A stretch of 64,000 bases of DNA, taken from IMG/VR virus record IMGVR_UViG_3300028591_000099, positions 32,001 through 96,000 of that record; one strand, written 5' to 3'. Origin of the DNA: a virus (taxonomy: Duplodnaviria > Caudoviricetes). The notes under the pieces were generated by a model, which worked only from the letters and a program-made list of their open reading frames with translations, was not told where the DNA came from and made no database searches. Shown here piece by piece: positions 51,059 through 62,669 of this stretch. The first letter of the stretch is position 1. Every line of letters starts with the position of its first letter. The translations under genes and the position numbers were made by a program.

Positions 51059-54000
51059 ATGGCCCAAAGAATACAAAAAATAAATTATAATGGCAGACTT
51101 TATAATGTAGGTGGGATACCCTATGCCATTTGTTCTACCGGAGGTTCAACTGCAGCGAAAGTTGTAGATAGTGGAAACGACTTAGACTTTTTATTAGCCG
51201 ATGGAGCGAATATTATTGTTAGATTTACTGAAACAATACTATCAGAAAGCCCTACTTTAAAAGTAGGAAATACACCGGCAAAACCTATTAGATATAATGG
51301 CTCTATATTAACTCCAGAAACCATAAGTGCTAATCAAACTTGTGAGTTCGTCTATGATGAAGCACAAGATTCTTGACTATTAGTTGGTGGAACTGGCTCT
51401 GGTGGTTCAGCGACCATAACTGATGGCGTAGTATTAAAAGGTGCTGTCATGGTAGCTGGAGATGTGCCAGCAATTCACGAGACAGGCTGAGCCTATAGAG
51501 TTGCTACCGCTGGGACTTATGTAGGACAGCGGTGCGAAGTTGGTGATTTACTACTTTGTATCTCTGATGGTTCCAGTAGCAATAACAACGACTGAATTGT
51601 CTTACAAAGGAATGTAGATAATGCTTTATATAAAGGCAGTAATACATTAACAAACAATCAAATGTTGCTTGCGGATGGGGCAGACGGTAAGGTAAAATCT
51701 GTTGCTATTAATCCAGTATTAGCGAATACGGCCAATAGCACAGAATCACCTTCTAGCATTACAGTAACCGTAGGCGGAGTTACAAGTGCAGCACTTGGAT
51801 TTAATGCCGCTACAACTGGAAATTATGGTGAAACTATTTTAACTAATACCCCGAGTGCAAATGAGGAAGCTAAGGCGGCTACACCAAAATTAGTAGATAC
51901 AGCAATTACTAATAAAATAAATGATTTAGATGTAACTGATACTGCTGTTGGAACTCAATATGTTTCAGCAGTAAATGAAACTAATGGAGAGATTTCAGTT
52001 AGTAGAGCTAACTTTGCTCCTACTGTAACTGTGGTCTCTGGAGACGATGAAAATACTCCAAAAGTAAAGATAAATGTTGCTGGAAATGAAAGTGCGGCAG
52101 TCGCTCTTAATGCAGCAACAATCGGGGCGTATGGTGCAACAATCCTAACCAACACTCCAAGCGGAAATGAAATGGCCAAAGCCGCAACTCCAAAATTGGT
52201 AAATGATGCTATTGCTTCTACAATAGAAGGGTTGGCAGTTACCGATACCGCAGTAGCCGGAAAATATGTTTCTAGTGTATCTGAAGAAAATGGAGAAATC
52301 TCAGTAACTAGAGTAAACTTCTCACCAGCAATTACAATTACAAGTGGAGACCAAGATAATACTCCTAAAATCAACGTATCTGTTGGAGGAGCAACCGGCA
52401 CCGCACAAGGCTTAAATGCTGCGACAGCATCTGCCTATGGCGTTACTATTCTAAATAATGACCCAGGCAGCACTCCATCAAATGAAAGCACCGCAGTTAC
52501 ACCTGCGGGCTTGATATCAGTGATACAAACTCTGGATGCGACGGTTACTGGCACACCGGGGGCCGCAAAAACTTTAACTGCTTTTGGAGAAACCGATGGT
52601 AAAGTATCTGCGACCTTTGGAGATATCGCAATTGCGGCAAGCCAGATTACGTCTGGAACGCTTCCAGTTTCAAGAGGCGGCACAGGCCAGACCGCAATCG
52701 CCAATATCCAAGCCGGCAAAGACGCAGCAGGAAATACGATTACAGAAACTTACGCAACAAAAGAAGAATTAAATGATATTGTATCAGCCACAAACGCGAT
52801 GGTCTTTAAGGGTCTTGTTATAACTGAAAACGACCTTCCTGCTATTCACGAAAAAGGTTGAACTTATAAAGTAGCAACTGCTGGAACATATGCGGGTCAA
52901 GTTTGTGAAGTTGGAGATTTAATCATCTGTATTGCGGAAGGAAATACCGCAAATAACGCAGATTGAGGAGTTATTCAAGTAAATGTAGATAGTGCTTTAT
53001 TCAAAGGAACTAACTCATTTACTAATAATCATATTTTATTAGCGGATGGCACAAATGGAAAAGTTAAATCAGTAGCCGCGAATCCAACATTAACATTAAC
53101 TGGTGCTTCTGGAGATGATACAGATAAAATCAAGTTCTCTTTTGGAGGATTTGAAAGTAGTGAAGAAGCATTAAGCACGGCTACAACATCAAATTATGGT
53201 GTTACAAAATTAACATCAACAGTTGCAGACAGCAATGAAGTCTTAGCAGCCACTCCAAAATTAGTTGCTACTAAAGTTAATAATGTTATTAATGGTCTAA
53301 ATGTGACAGACAGTGCTGACAGTTCAAAATATGTATCAGCAGTTTCTGAAAGCAAAGGCAAAATCTCAGTTAGTAGAGCAAGTTTTAATCCAACAGTTAC
53401 TATTAGTGATGGTGCTACAAGTGATGATACACCCACTGTTAGCATATCGGTAGCAGGAAATAGTGCAACTGCGGTAGCGATGCCGTCTGCAACAACATCT
53501 AGCTATGGCGTAACAAAGTTATCAAATGCTACCAACAGCATATCCGAATCAATAGCAGCGACTTCGAAGGCAGTAAAGGCTGCCTATGATTTAGCGGCGA
53601 GTAAGACAGATAATGTAGGTACTATTACCGGAGTTACCGCAAATGCTGGATTAACTGGTGGAGGAACTTCTGGAACTGTTACCATTGGGCATAGTAATTC
53701 AATAGATGCCGTTGCCGATGAGGCTTTATATAAATTAAAATGAGATGCTTACGGTCATATCACTGGGGCAATATCTCAAGGAGTTACTGATAATACCACA
53801 AATAAAGATGTAACTTCAAATGATAGTAATTTAATTACAGCAAGAACATTATATTATCAATTACAAAAGAAAGGTTATACAACCAATACTGGTACTGTTA
53901 CTTCAGTCAGTGCCGGAGACGGTTTAACTGGTGGTCCAGTAACAACGACTGGATCATTAGCACATAGCATCCCTACTGGTGCAGAAGCCGGAGTTAAAGG

Positions 54001-54682
54001 GACTACTGGTAGAACATATATCCAGTCTATTACAACAGATAAGTTCGGTCATTTAACTGGTTATACAACAGCAACTGAAACTGTTACTGATACTCACTAT
54101 ACTGCGAAGAATGTTGTTGCTAATTCAAAAACTAGCACAACTCAAACTGCGAGTGCTCTCACAAATGGAAATGTTTATTTGAACTTAGTTGAAAATGGTG
54201 TGGTACAAAGTAGTCAGAAAATTGCCGGGGGTGATTTAGTATCAGTTGCGGCTGCAGCCACAAGCGGAGATATTACAGTTAGCCATACTGCTCCAAGCGG
54301 GGCGACAGCAGGTGTAAAGGGCGGTACAGGCAGAAGTTTTTTACAATCAGTCACAACCGATTCTTTTGGGCATATTACTGGATATTTAACAAATTCAGCT
54401 GGTTACGCACCAGAAACAGGCGGCGTAGAAGGACAAATGTTAATTGCTACTGGAGCAGATACATTGCCAGTTTGAACTACAATGCCAACAGCATTAATTA
54501 ATACCACTTATACTTTAACAAGTCCAAATAAAATGAATGCAACATTTGACGCTGCTACTGGTATATTGACATTAACTACAACTAATGTAGGATTAACTGC
54601 GACAAATAGTGCTACAGTATTACTTGGAAATAGTTCTGTTGCAGCTGCAGCCGCACCAGATGGAAACGGGGTGGAATACTAA
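51059..54682 (+). CDS. Long tail fibre (1,207 aa, code 4)
   Basis: Seven TGA; duplicated AGTYxGQxCEVGDL module, AATxxxYGxTxL…AATPKLV repeats, DxxGH(I/L)TG motifs; ends DGNGVEY. Confidence 0.85.
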
Positions 54683-56352
54683 TGGCAAATAGAAATGTTT
54701 TAATAAATGAAAATTCATTAATAGCAATTGCTGATGCTATTAGAAATAAAACTGATTCTCTTGAAACTTATACCGTTGAAGAAATGGCAGATGCTATTAG
54801 TGCTATAAAATTAAGTGAAGGAGGAACTCCTGCTATTGGGATTGAAGATACTATTGATTCTCATGGTGGAATAATTAGAAATATTACTGCCGTAGATATT
54901 TCAGATACTACGGCAGTAGCCTCTAATGTTTCAAAGGGTAAAACTTTTTATAACGCAAAGGGCGTTAAAACAGTAGGAACTTCTGAGAATGCGAGCGGAT
55001 GAATTAGACCCGCAGATTGGCCAGATTTATCTTTAATGGATATTTCTGAACAAGTTTTATATTTAACTTATAAAGCCACTGAAGAACAAGGATTTTGTGA
55101 TTTAAAAATACGCCCAGCAGGAGTAATAGAAATAGGCAATATTGTTAATGGTAATTTTGTCGCAGAAACTACTTACAATGTTGCTGATAATGCTAATATA
55201 AGACATTATTTCGGCTCTCCTTCTGGTGGATATAAGGTTATAAAAATTACTAGCCCTAATAATATTTATACTTTTGATCAATTATTAGGCACCGGTGTTT
55301 ATCAATATGATAATGAATATAGGTTTAGCTCGAATAGCGGGTTGCTTGAAATTTATGGTAATTTGCCTAATCTAACAACTTTTTCAGCAGATTATTCTAA
55401 TTGACTTGAAAGTTGTAATATTAAAAACTGTAAACCTAATTCAATGGCGAGTGCTTTTCAATATGATTATAAATTAAAAAATGTTGATTTTTCAACATGG
55501 AATTTTTCTAACTGCACTTCTATGCAATATATGTTTAGAAGTTGCTCGAAATTAGAGTCAGTGTCTTTAAAAGGCACTTCTTCTAAACTAACAAATTTAG
55601 ATAGTACTTTTGTTAGTTGCTATATGATAGAAGAAGTTAATATCACTGATTTTGACACAACTAATGTTGCAACTTTTAATAATATGTTTTCTGGATGCAC
55701 TCGATTGAAAAAACTTACAATTCCTAAAAACTTTATTCAAAGCAAAGCAACTACTATGGCTTCAATGTTTAATAATATTAGTTTTTTAGATAGTATAGAT
55801 TTATCTCTTTCTAATCCTGAAAAAATGGCAAATTTTTCTTCAGCTTTCGCAGGAATGAAAGAATTAAAAACTTTAATTTTACCGTCTAATTTTGTTCAAA
55901 GTTCAGCAACTAATTTATCAAATATGTTTAATGAATGTAGAGATTTGCAATCTCTTGATGTGTCTCGCTGAAATACTTCCAATGTTACAAATATTTCTTC
56001 ATTTATGCAAAATGCTTATTGATTAGAAGAATTTATTGGTTTTGAAAATTTAGATTTAGGTAAATGTACTAATACACAAAATATGTTTAATAGTACTTAT
56101 AAGTTAGAATCTATTACAGTACCAGCTTCTTTAACAACAATTTATGCGAATACATTCCCAAATACAAGGGGTTGTTATGAATATCATTTTTTAGCTACAA
56201 CACCTCCGACTTTAGCGAATACAAATGCTTTTAATAATATGAATGATTTTGGCGGTAAAAAAATATATGTCCCAGTAGGATGTAGCAATGCTTATAAAAC
56301 AGCAACTAATTGAAGCACTTATGCTTCTTATATAGTAGAAGAAGGGAGTTAA
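54682..56352 (+). CDS. BspA/DUF285-type leucine-rich-repeat fibre tip protein (556 aa, code 4)
   Basis: IADAIRNK N-terminus; MFxxCxxLxxL repeats; LDVSR-W-NTSNVT; IYVP…YKTATN-W-STY cap; five TGA. Confidence 0.85.
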
Positions 56353-56354
56353 TT

Positions 56355-57560
56355 ATGGCTATTTCAAAAGTAATTTTAAATGGTGAGACATTAATGGATG
56401 TTACGAAAACTACCGCAATATCTAGTCATATTTTAGCACCTTATAAAATAATAGGGGTAAATGGACAAGAAACAATTGGAGTTTTAAAAAATAATAGTGA
56501 TTGAGTAAGGCCTTCAGATTGACCAAATTATGATAAATTAAGATTATGAGAAACAAAAGAAGAATCTCTTTATTTTACATATGATAACAGAGTGACAGGG
56601 GGATATATTATATTACATATTACCCCGAAATATTATGTTCAACGTGTAAGAATAGAAAATAATGGCTCTGTTACTGTATTAGCAAGTAGTGGATTAGTTC
56701 AAAATCATTATGAAGAAGCCATTCCTGCAGATGCAGGAGATTGAGTTTGCTATAGGGTAATACCAGAAGACGGACAACATTTATTGAATTTAAACCATGA
56801 AAATTTATCTGTTGCTCCTAATACCAATTGAGCAAATCAACTTTGCGTTGAACGATATGGATATTTGCCCGCAGCAACGTGAATAGGTTCTGGTTATAGT
56901 TATAGGGATTGATATGTTAGATCAGTTCAATCAGAAACTTTATTTGGTTTATTACCAAATATATCTATTAATTATACTCATAGCACTTCCCTACAAAATC
57001 TTTATATTGATTCTCCAAGAGATTTAAAATTTCAAAATTGTTATAGTTTGGTTGGACTTGATTGAAATATGGAACTATTAAATACAACAAGAACTTCAAT
57101 TAACTCTCTTATAAGAGCTTCTTCTTTAAAAGAAGCAGATTTTTCTAAGTCTACTTTAACTAATATAACAGATATGGGATATTTTGCAGCAGATTGTAAA
57201 GAATTAAGAAAGGTAAAACTTCCAAAAGGAGATTACTCTGGATTAACAACTAATGCAAACGCTTTCCAAAATTGTGAATGTTTAGAATATGTTGATTTTC
57301 CTAGTTCATATACGTTAACAATTAGTCAATCTATGTTTTCAAATTGTTATACATTGAGATATCTCATATTTAGAGCAAATTCTGTTGTACCTTTAGGAGG
57401 AACTGGATATATTCCTGCCGCTGTTTTTAATAGAGGTGGTACACGAATTTATGTTCCTGCTGCACAAATCGAAAATTATAAAACCGCGAGTAATTGAAGC
57501 ACATTATATGCAACTTATCCAAATATGTTTGGAACAATAGAAGGGAGTGCTTTTGAATAA
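56355..57560 (+). CDS. BspA-type LRR protein (401 aa, code 4)
   Basis: MAISKVILNGETLMDV start; W-VRPSD-W-P; AFQNCECL repeats; IYVP…YKTASN-W; nine TGA. Confidence 0.8.
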
Positions 57561-57745
57561 TGATTAAAACAGAAATAATTGTAATTAATAACAAAGAATT
57601 TATTCATACTTATTCAGATTCTGGGTTTATGATTCATGGAGGCTCTCCTGAGGCCAATTACTCAGAGGCTTTTGACCCGACTGAATTTAATAGAACTTAT
57701 ATAGAAACAAATATCCCGATTAAGCAAGAATCGGAAGAAGAATAA
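57560..57745 (+). CDS. Small protein (61 aa) coupled to the LRR gene, possible assembly chaperone
   Basis: TAATG overlap; HTYSDSGFMI…YSEAFDP. Confidence 0.75.
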   Translation: MIKTEIIVINNKEFIHTYSDSGFMIHGGSPEANYSEAFDPTEFNRTYIETNIPIKQESEEE

Positions 57746-57760
57746 AGAAAGGAGATGCTT

Positions 57761-59230
57761 ATGTCTATACTAAAACAAGTTAAAATAGAGACAACTGGCA
57801 CTCCTATTGACATCGGTGCTAAGTATGATGAACAAGAAAATGAAATTAGAAGTAATTATGCCTCAAGTTTGAGCTTAAGCGAGGCAGCAAATGGTGTCAA
57901 TCTTACTCTGCTCGCAAAAGATAATACAGAATTAAGTACTGTTAATTTAAGAATGGGAGCAGATTCTATTACGACAGGTGTATTACCAATAGCTAGAGGC
58001 GGAACTGGTTTAATCGTTAATCCAAGCATGTTAATAAACTTAGAAAGCACAACGGCCGCAGACGTATTCCAAGCATCGCCTAGACCTGGTATAGTTGGTA
58101 CTTTACCTATTGGATATGGTGGAACCGGAAATACAACGGGTACCGCAACATTGGCGACGACAACAGCAGATACCACAAGTACATTATATCCCATTGGTGT
58201 TACAAGTGGAGCCAATACCGCACTAAAAAGAAATACTTCTATTAGTTTTGTTGGTGATACCATTACCGCTGGCAGTTTTGTTGGTGCTCTTAGTGGTGCA
58301 GCAACGAGTGCAAATAAATTAACGTCACCAGTTAATTTGAAAGTTAATTTAGCTTCTACTACAGATGTTAGTTTTGATGGTTCTAGTAGTCAAGAAAATA
58401 TTCCAGTTTCTGGTATTTTGCCTATTGGGAATGGCGGCACTGGAACAAGCACCGCTCCATACCAAGGTGGTATTATATATGCTTCCTCTACCTCTACTTA
58501 TGCCTCTAGTGCTGCTGGCGTTGCCGGACAATTACTTCAAAGTGGGGGGACGGGAGATCCATCTTGGATAACAGCAACAAATAACGCAAATGGGAATACT
58601 ATTGTAAAACGCGATTCTAATGGTAATTTCGCAGCTGGCACTATTACGGCATCTTTAACCGGACATGCTTCAGAAGATGTCGCATTAGCTGGTGGTACAA
58701 TGAGCGGGCCATTAATTCTTAGTGGAAATCCTACAAATCAAATGCAAGCGGCTACTAAAGAATATGTAGACCAATCATTTGCCGCAAATGATGCGATGAT
58801 GTTTAAAGGTACTATTGGCACTGGTGGCACTATCACTTCATTACCGAATAATCATAATGCTGGTGATACTTATCGTGTTATTACTGCCGGCACGTATGCG
58901 GGACATAAGTGTGAAGTAGGTGATCTTCTTATTTGTATTACTGATGGCACAGCTGCGAATAACGCACATTGAACGGTAGCTCAGACAAATGTTGATGGTG
59001 CGTTATATATGGGTACTAATAGTCTTCAAGGTGGAGATTTACTAATGGCAGATGGAACACAAGGACAAGTCAAAAGTGCAGGCTTAATTACTGGCACAAT
59101 GAATGGTTTAACTGCTTCATACGATAGCTCATCAGAAAAATTAATTTTTGCTACTAACTCTATTAATGTAGTAACTGGTATTGCTAATGCTACTACTTCG
59201 TTTACGAATGCAAATGCGGAGGTATATTAG
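57761..59230 (+). CDS. Tail fibre protein (489 aa, code 4)
   Basis: SD AAAGGAG fits ATG 57761; three GxLPIxxGGTG repeats, GGTMSG…AATKEYVD, AGTYAGHKCEVGDL; one TGA; ends NANAEVY TAG. Confidence 0.85.
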
Positions 59231-59231
59231 T

Positions 59232-60344
59232 ATGGCAGCACAAGATAGAGATGTCCTAATTAATGAGTTGAAACTTGAAGCGATTGCAAATGCTTTAAGA
59301 GAAAAAACTGGTGTTAGTACTAATACATATACAATGAGTCAAGTTCCAGGAGCAATCGACGCACTTTCTTTAACATCTAGTGGAGGAAGTGCGACGACCG
59401 CTGCTGTTGCGGCAAATGTTCTGGCTGGCAAAAGTTATATAAACGCATCTACAGGTGCGTCAGAAACTGGAACAATGACAGATAAAAGCGGGACCTCGCA
59501 ATCCGCAGGAAGCACTGCCGCAGACGGAAATCTAATAAAAATGCAGATACCATCAGGTGGATACTATAGTTCAACATCATATCTTACTACTGGTAAATCT
59601 ACTTTTGGAAATGCCGCTACGACAGAAGTTCTTGATGGAAAAACATTCACAAGTACAGCTGGATTAAATACACTTGGTTCAATGTCTAACTTAGGTGGAA
59701 CTACAAGAATAGTGACTCCAACTTTTGGGGATGGGTCTGTATTATTAGGAATCCCAGTAGATGGCTATTATAATACAAGTAGCATTTTGGCAGCAGAAGG
59801 GTCTGAATTTGGCGATGCTTCTGCTAGTGATGTATTGTCTGGAAAAACATTTACTAGTGCAGCTGGTATTCAAGTTACGGGTACTTTTACGGCCCAAACT
59901 AAAACACAAGCTGCTGGTACTTCCAATATAATAGTAACACCAGATTCTGGAAAATATTTAACAAGTGTTACTGTCACACCTACTCCAACAGAAGAGAAAA
60001 CTGTGTCTTCTAGTGCATCCGATCAAGTTGTAACACCATCTTCTGGCAAATACTTATCTAAAGTTACAATTAATGCAATGTCGACACCATCAATTACAAC
60101 ACTTGCATATTATCCAAATGAAAACAAAGGAACGACACGCACTTTAACAACAGATAGAAAATATAGGATTATTGTTGCTGCAAATTATGGCTCAGTCAAA
60201 ACTTGGCCTACGGGAACTTATACAGAAATTTCTGATAGTAGTATTCGAATTTATAGAGATTTAGCGGCTGGTTCAAAATTTGAAGCTAAACCAAATCCTG
60301 GCTATAGTAATTGAACGGGTTTAATCGTTTATGGTCTTGATTAA
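59232..60344 (+). CDS. Tail fibre tip protein (370 aa, code 4)
   Basis: IANALREK N-terminus; GxAxxxxVLxGKTF and TPxSGKYL repeats; one TGA. Confidence 0.8.
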
Positions 60345-60383
60345 CATTACTGAATAGTATTATAAGTTTATTTTATTAAAAAT

Positions 60384-60412
60384 TTGACAAGATTGAAAAA
60401 ATTTTGTATACT
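60384..60412 (+). promoter_or_regulatory. Near-consensus sigma70/sigmaA promoter
   Basis: TTGACA (60384-60389), 17 bp spacer, TATACT (60407-60412). Confidence 0.8.
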
Positions 60413-60417
60413 ATAAC

Positions 60418-60556
60418 TAGATTTAGAGATGAGTTGATACTGAATAAAAAGTTTAAAAATGGAAATGGAATTATATAGAGCAGTTTAATCCTCATCTCTA
60501 AATCTATTGAAAAAAGATAAAAATATGGAGATAGGGGGACTTATCTCTATTTAATT
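60418..60556 (+). promoter_or_regulatory. Structured leader or small RNA with alternative hairpins (putative attenuator)
   Basis: Perfect 16-bp inverted repeat 60418-60433/60491-60506; second 11-bp stem with GGGA loop at 60525-60550; begins at the predicted transcription start. Confidence 0.55.
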
Positions 60557-60579
60557 ATATATAGAAAGGTAGGAGTTAT

Positions 60580-62088
60580 ATGGCCGATATAAGTCAAGTA
60601 CAATTAGGTGAAAATACTTATGCTATAAAAGACCCCTTGGCTAGAGAAAGAGGTATCGAATATATAAGAGGTACCTGGGCTGCGGCCTCCGGAGTTTGAA
60701 CCGGTACCTCGGCAGATAGCCAGCTTTATGATGGTAAACAAATAATATTATATATGCCCTATAATGGAAATGGAGCAGAAGTTACCTTAAATCTAACCCT
60801 AGCAGATGGAACTTCAGTTACTGGGCCTAAGAAAGTATATTTTGAAGGCACAACTAGATTCACCTCTCAAAAAGAGGCATATTCACAACTACATTTAATT
60901 TATCACCAAACTCATAATATCAACGGGGTTAATTATGAAGGTTGATGGTATATAGCGAATGCAGATAAAAATGATAACTATTTATCAACACCATATTATT
61001 ATTATGCAAAACCATTCACTGCTTTATACAGATATCAAATATGCTTAACAAAAAATGCTGACTATATTTTACCAATAAATGCAGTAAATAATAGCTACAG
61101 TACAGATAAAATTTTAACAACAGAATCATTTGATCCATTTGGACCTATATTTTATTATAATAGCACAACTAATAAAACTGCTGGTTCAGCGGTTGCTGCG
61201 AATACATTAAGACAAAATGACCTAGCAGATTTAAGATTTTCTTTTAATGTTACAACAGGTGGTTTTACTTCCAATAAAGCAATATATCTAGTAGCAACGC
61301 CTCAGGATGATGGCTCGGCAAAATTATATGAAGTTCCATTGACTCAGACTTTACCAATAATAGATGATGGTTTAATTTATATTCATTTAGGTGTCGTTTA
61401 TGCTAGTTATTATCTTCAAATGGTACCATCTCATGCAATATATTGCTATAAATATGGTGCATTAAGGCCTTATGGTGGCACACCCGTCCAAGCCGCGCCG
61501 GTAGAAAAAGTGATTACTTTATTAGCAAGTGGCTGAGATGGCAATAATGAATATACTGTATTAGATGAAAACGTAACAGCGACTTCAATTCAAGAAGTTT
61601 CTGCGCCTGATGCTAATTACACTTCTATATCTGAATTAAAAGCCTTAGGTTCGGCAATGTTAATTGATGCAGGCCAAGGAACTGGATATTTTAAGTTAAA
61701 AGCCTTGGGAACTGTACCTACAATTGATTGTGATATTAGAGTTATATTTAATTATTCAACTGATGCTAATATAGTAGCAGTAAATAGTGCGGCGGCTTAT
61801 GCTGCGACAGCAGAGGGATATAAAAATCAAATTGCTAGTTATGCTAAAATACAAAGAAAAACAGTTACTATTTCAAGTTTAAGCATAGATAGTTCTAATA
61901 CAACATATCCTTATAAATATGAAGTTGCTTGAAATGGTATAACGGCCGATGACTGAATTGATGGTGCGGGAATAGAAGACCAAAATTGAGCAATTGAAAG
62001 TGCTGCTAATAAAGTTATATTACATTTTAGTAAAAACATATCTGACAGTATAACCATTACTATTTATTGGGCTTCTACAACAGCATAA
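60580..62088 (+). CDS. Tail fibre/receptor-binding-type protein (502 aa, code 4)
   Basis: SD AGGAG; six TGA join track ORFs 60754/61339/61657; TYAIKDPLAR N-terminus; TLLASG-W module. Confidence 0.75.
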
Positions 62089-62102
62089 GGAGAGTGCATA
62101 GT

Positions 62103-62606
62103 ATGTTAAATAAAAAAGAAATTACTAAAACTGCAAGTAATACAGATTATGATAATAGTACGAGTGGATTAAATGCAGATTCAGTCCAAGGAGCAATTGA
62201 TGAAATTCAAGAGTCAATTGATGAAATTACAGACACCATGAATGTAGCACATTATTATAATCATGAATCTGATATAGCATGAACGTCAAATACATCTGTT
62301 GTTAAAAATGGTGCAGATTACTCAGGAATAAATATTAAAAATGGTTTTGTTAGTGTGCAAGTTAATTTCTTTACAGCAGCAACGTTAAACAGTGGAACAG
62401 AATATACTGCATATACTCTTCCAGATGAACTAAAAGCATTAACAGGAACTACACAAGTTACTGGTTTTGGTGGAGCTGGTAATACATTAATAAAAATAGT
62501 GTTTGATACATGAGAAACTGCACATACTTTAAAAGTTACTCCAAGAGGCAGCAACGTAGCAGCAAATACTCAGCTTCAAGGAAATTTAATGTTTCCAATT
62601 ACTTAA
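62103..62606 (+). CDS. Small receptor-binding head-like protein (167 aa, code 4)
   Basis: SD AAGGAG; YDNSTSGLNADSVQGAIDEI neck motif followed by a beta-rich domain; two TGA. Confidence 0.7.
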
Positions 62607-62669
62607 TTTAACTGTTAATATTTGAAAATGAACAGTTTAGCTAATAACAGATAGTCAAAGGAGAGAAAA

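Noticed and set aside
1220-59230. TAG reassigned to Gln (code 15)
   Set aside because: TAG occurs only at gene ends (1222, 2213, 5616, 44155, 51044, 59230), next to the start of the following gene, and never internally.
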